Assembly (NCBI GenBank): GCA_002104905.1 | Contig: MCFE01000111.1 | Coordinates: 62,001-126,000, forward strand | Direction: 5' to 3' | DNA from: Basidiobolus meristosporus CBS 931.73 | Lineage: Eukaryota > Fungi > Basidiobolomycota | DNA: 64,000 nucleotides | In this document: in pieces, positions 60,012 to 64,000 of the stretch | How the letters are laid out: each line of letters starts with the position of its first letter | Position numbering within the stretch: position 1 is the stretch's first letter | Notes under the pieces: model-generated | Seen by the model: only the letters and a program-made list of their open reading frames with translations | Told to the model about the DNA's origin: nothing | The model's database searches: none | Made by a program: the position numbers and the translations under genes

Positions 60012-60185
60012 CCAATCAATCGTGATTAATGACTAATCGGTTCTTTGCGATCATCTATTGATTCTCTGTGGTAGTTCGTGTTGCGTATTGCATGTTGCAT
60101 GGTTTTTGTTGCACCCCACATCAGAGGTCTGGACCGGTCTTCAGAACAACAAGGTACTGCCCCAAAAGTCCATCAAATCACGTGA
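60012..60185 (+). promoter_or_regulatory. Candidate COX7 promoter motifs: CCAATCA (60012-60018) and E-box TCACGTGA (60178-60185)
   Basis: Motif matches only; CCAAT boxes are typical of HAP-regulated respiratory genes. Confidence 0.3.
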
Positions 60186-60310
60186 TGGAGAACCAAGAGT
60201 TGAGGCCTCTTGAATACCCCATAATTTTTCAGTAGTTAATTCAAAATCATTTCTGCTCGATCGCGACCTCCTCGATACTCTCTCTTTCGCTACCTAAAGA
60301 CACGCTCAAT

Positions 60311-60557
60311 ATGGATTTTGTCAACCGCCCCAACCACATGTTGAACAAGCAGAAGTTGTTCCAAGTAAGCCAGCCATTCACAAAAAGGATAGAATTTTTG
60401 CTAACTCTTTGTTTTTCAGTCCCAGGCCGCAAAGCCTGTGTGGCTCAAGGGTCCTAGAGACAAGGTCTTGGTTACCTCCTTCTTTGTCTTCCTTGGCGCT
60501 GGACTTGTTGGCTCCTTGTACGGCACTGTTCAATTGATCCGCGGCAAGAAGGACTAA
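60311..60557 (+). CDS. COX7: Cytochrome c oxidase subunit VII (Cox7/COX7A), ~63 aa, exons 60311-60364 and 60420-60557
   Basis: Spliced product MDFVNRPNHMLNKQKLFQSQAAKPVWLKGPRDKVLVTSFFVFLGAGLVGSLYGTVQLIRGKKD resembles yeast Cox7; intron GTAAGC...CTAAC...CAG. Confidence 0.88.
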
Positions 60558-62038
60558 ACAGTTCTAACATTCCAACACGTTATGCATCTTAATCATCCCA
60601 ACTTTACATCTCAAGAGTTCTAACGAAATAAAGTCCCTACCGATCATATCAGTCGAGCTATTTTGAACTGTCAAAAAATAGTTTCATATTAACATGAAAC
60701 CTAGGGTTGGATTTTCGTTTGATTCCTTGGGATTCTAGAGATTACCTGCATATTGTATGCCATGCCCTACGATTACAACTAGTTTATCCTGGTGTGTTAT
60801 GACAGAGATCACGATATTATTCTGGCATGTACATTCTTCTACCGAGGAGGTAGAGTTTTAAGTGGCCATACTCCATAACAATGCTAAGTATCTCACTAAA
60901 TTCTTACATAATTTAACCAAGAAGTCACGTGACCAGGGTTGATAATTCACTAACCCACAAATCCAACGAATCGATGTTGAATATGACGGAGGTTGATTAA
61001 AACTTACGTTGGACCCCCTATTAATTTCAGCACCCCGAAGCACAAGTTTATCAAATCGTTCTATGTATAGAATATTCTTCCACTCTGGCAAAACACACTT
61101 GCTTGCACGCGCGTTTTGATCTCCCTAAACGAACACTCTTGGTGTTATTTATACCTAGACAAGACATATTGCATTGGAATAATATCCCAAACGAATCGCT
61201 TGATTAGGTAAATATCATCTGCGTCGGATTCATACAGTACGTGTGAGTTGACCAATATGGCAGGTAGTGAAGCTTGATTTCTCACTTTGACACTTGTAAG
61301 CGTTACTCTCAGGGTTAGGACTAGGATCAAGTGACCGGTGCATGGTGACTCTCCACTATCTGGATCCATTATCAGGGAATCAGATGGATGAATAGGCAAC
61401 GTTTGGTTCATAGATAGATTGTAAAGCGAGCAAATTCCTGTATTCAAGTGGAATTGGATTCAATTATTACTACCCGCTTGGTCCTAAGCATAGCCCTCGG
61501 TCAAGGGGTGGCCTTCCTTTATGCAATCAATCAAGCCTTGAAAGAGGATCTCTTTAGCCAAATAGTCGACTTGGCGTGCCATAGCAATGTTACCTGGATA
61601 AATGATACTCTCTCCAAGCTATGATGTGTCCTATGGTACAGGCGAATGCAAATGCTCCATTTGTTTCTCTTGCAAGTCATGGGACAAGTTGAGGGTTGTG
61701 GAGGCCCGATGGTTGAAAATGGAGGGTATGCGGGAATTAATTCATCTATCTTAACAAATAAATTGGTACTTAAATTAGTCCTGGATCACATACCGAGTGA
61801 ATCCCTAAAATATTCTTGTGTCTCCTTGCTTGTGCCTCCCCCCTTTTGACTATAGGTTCCCTGAAGCCGTGTGGCATTGATTGAGATAATTCGAGGGAGT
61901 GATATAAATAATCCAAGAACGTTTCATCTCCGTTCAGACCAGACGTGTGATTGTGAAGTCATTTTAACTATCCCCCGCTCTCCTATCCTTTGCCCATCTT
62001 TGTAACCGAATCCATCTAATCACCTCACTATTCCCGCC

Positions 62039-63754
62039 ATGCACCTTACCTACCCACTACACAGATATGTCTTTCAAAATGACGAAAAAGCGGTCGAGGC
62101 TGCTTTAGGGGGCCCGCTATACAACCAAATCAATGAAAGGGACCATCGTGGAAATACCCCCTTACAATTGGCCTTGATTCTTGGTCGGGTGAGGATCGCT
62201 AATCTCTTACTCAACCGTGGGGCTGAGTGCCTTGGTTTGAAGAAGAATGGGAACGAGCCCCCTTCCTGGACATCACTAGACGAAGCTTGTGCCTTGGAGG
62301 ACAGGGATCTTGTTCGAAAGGTTTTGCAGAAATCCATTGATCAACATGTTCGTGATTGGTGTGCACCACCATTCAACCCTTCACATGGTGCCAGGGCTGG
62401 GCCAATAGCCAATGAAACCACTGTCAATCCCAACATATCTCCAGAGGGTGGTCCTCTAGCAAGACTAAACAAGAAGTTCCACGAGAATGCCGACATCACA
62501 CTGCACTGGAAGTTCACCAGTCGCATCTCTAACACACTGGCCCGCCATGCCTTGCCAAGAGACTCCATCCGCATCCGCAAGAAGTCCTCCTATTTCCGTC
62601 TGGACTTTGGAGAAACTTCTCTTGGGATGTTCGGCGGCTTTGACAAGAAGGATGATCGAGGCGCTGACGTGATTAACAAGCGTCGCCAGTATCTCAAGAA
62701 GAACGATATCCAAAGATTCAGCTTGGTTATCCGTGTTGACGATCCCAATGTTCCTCAAGCATTCCCAGCTCCACCTGCAGTGTTTCTACTTGACCATGAG
62801 CGTGAGTGGGTCCAGGAGCTCTACCCAGAGTTTTACCCCGAGTCCTTGCTCGAGAGTGCCGTGTCCACTTGTCTCCGTGCACCCATGGTGAAGTACTGGA
62901 TTCCGCTGCGCGACATGGAAATCAAAGAGAAGCCCGAGAAAAAGAAGAAAGGGTTGGGCATGTTGATGAAGAAAAAGTCAGGTGCTACCACTTACAAGAT
63001 CAAGAATGCCTCGATTTCTATTCTTGTGCGCGAACTCGAGGAGCGTGTTTGGGCCAATGGCAACGGTGGAGTTGCATCCAATGCGCTAATCAAGAAGTTA
63101 AAAGCCCTCGGGTTCAGTGGCTTGGATAGCATGCTAACCAACGGAAACGATGTTTCCAAATTGGGCAAAAGTGGAAACGGCTCGGACTCTGATTCAGACT
63201 CCGAGTCTGATGATGAAGCCAGCAGTAACTCTCCATCCGGCAATGGTAAAGGCAATGGCTGTAAAAATCACCAAGAGGACCCCAACATTCAGGCAGAGTT
63301 GGTCAAAATGTCGGTGACCGATAGTTACGAGGATTATTTTAGCGCGAACATCAAAAAGAACGTTTGCTTCAACAAGGCTGAAACCGTCACCCAGTATATC
63401 AAGTTTGAACTTAAAGAGCCTATCAAAGTCAAGTGGGCACCCACTATCCCAGGAAGCACGAAGAGCAAAAACTTAAGCAATGGCTCGTCTGGATTCCCAT
63501 TATCTTTCGATCAATTTTCCCCCATTTTCGAGCATCTTTTCAGCGGAGGGATTCTAGACTGGGCTGGATTCGCCAGTCTCTGGAATGAGTCCCGCAAGAA
63601 GGACGCAACCCCCGGATTTCCAGTAAAGATTAACATCCCGCTACATCCAGTTATTGGGGTCAGAATTAGCTTCAAGGAATGCCATGTAGGTACCTCACTA
63701 CCTGACGATCTCTTCCAGAATCAGGGATACAAGAAAAACGTCGTTATTCACTAA
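62039..63754 (+). CDS. ANKRD13-like protein (N-terminal ankyrin repeats plus GPCR-chaperone-type domain), intronless, 571 aa
   Basis: YPLHRYVFQND, DHRGNTPLQLAL and WTSLDEA ankyrin region; C-terminal GFPLSFDQ and GFPVKINIPL motifs typical of ANKRD13. Confidence 0.75.
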   Translation: MHLTYPLHRYVFQNDEKAVEAALGGPLYNQINERDHRGNTPLQLALILGRVRIANLLLNRGAECLGLKKNGNEPPSWTSLDEACALEDRDLVRKVLQKSIDQHVRDWCAPPFNPSHGARAGPIANETTVNPNISPEGGPLARLNKKFHENADITLHWKFTSRISNTLARHALPRDSIRIRKKSSYFRLDFGETSLGMFGGFDKKDDRGADVINKRRQYLKKNDIQRFSLVIRVDDPNVPQAFPAPPAVFLLDHEREWVQELYPEFYPESLLESAVSTCLRAPMVKYWIPLRDMEIKEKPEKKKKGLGMLMKKKSGATTYKIKNASISILVRELEERVWANGNGGVASNALIKKLKALGFSGLDSMLTNGNDVSKLGKSGNGSDSDSDSESDDEASSNSPSGNGKGNGCKNHQEDPNIQAELVKMSVTDSYEDYFSANIKKNVCFNKAETVTQYIKFELKEPIKVKWAPTIPGSTKSKNLSNGSSGFPLSFDQFSPIFEHLFSGGILDWAGFASLWNESRKKDATPGFPVKINIPLHPVIGVRISFKECHVGTSLPDDLFQNQGYKKNVVIH

Positions 63755-64000
63755 GAGTAAGGGATACAACAAGTGCGTCATTATCCCCTCAAAATCCAAA
63801 CCCATCATTCATGAAACTTTAATCATTCTACATTCCACTACCCTCGGATTAGTGAACTTTTAGATCTCTTACTCTCATACACCCCATTCATGTAATGATA
63901 TTGTTTATTCCACATGATACTCGCCAGACACACTAACCATTAGGTATGCTAATAAACTCAACTTTATATGCCAATTGCATGACGCAGAACTAATAAACCC

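Noticed and set aside
60700-61800. Short minus-strand ORFs (77 and 100 aa) suggesting an unannotated gene
   Set aside because: No coherent exon chain or recognisable motif could be assembled; RNA-seq would be needed.
26300-64000. tRNA, rRNA or snRNA genes
   Set aside because: No cloverleaf with a T-loop GTTCGA context and no recognisable rRNA or snRNA motifs were found by eye.

Overview
Eukaryotic, fungal DNA: short GT-AG introns and fungal-type housekeeping genes. The gene content suggests an early-diverging fungus, possibly Basidiobolus-like, but this is inference only. The window has two sharply different halves. Bases 1 to ~26.2 kb are an AT-rich, CpG-depleted block of nested, mostly defective transposons. 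It holds three LTR-bearing copies plus fragments of one Ty1/copia family (369-bp LTRs, half-tRNA-iMet PBS), a second copia family, Ty3/gypsy fragments (~365-bp LTRs), two inverted En/Spm (CACTA-like) transposase remnants and a ~700-bp fold-back MITE. Bases ~26.4-64 kb are gene-dense and CpG-rich. In order: a GIGYF/Smy2-like GYF protein; a 2.24-kb near-perfect palindrome carrying two identical copies of an orphan secreted-protein gene; ADE1; a CBS-PB1 protein; ALG11; TIP20/RINT1; a modular Ser/Gly/Tyr/Lys/Gln-rich secreted repeat protein; a PKA catalytic subunit; a peroxisomal carnitine acetyltransferase; a head-to-head pair of intronless bacterial LysP-like permeases; a possible TAF1A-like gene; an intronless type IIC P-type ATPase with altered ion-binding residues; a small spliced COX7 gene missing from the ORF track; and an ANKRD13-like gene. 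The best leads are the palindromic gene pair, the LysP-like pair (candidate horizontal transfer), the repeat protein and the ATPase. All alignments and counts were done by eye; no searches were run.
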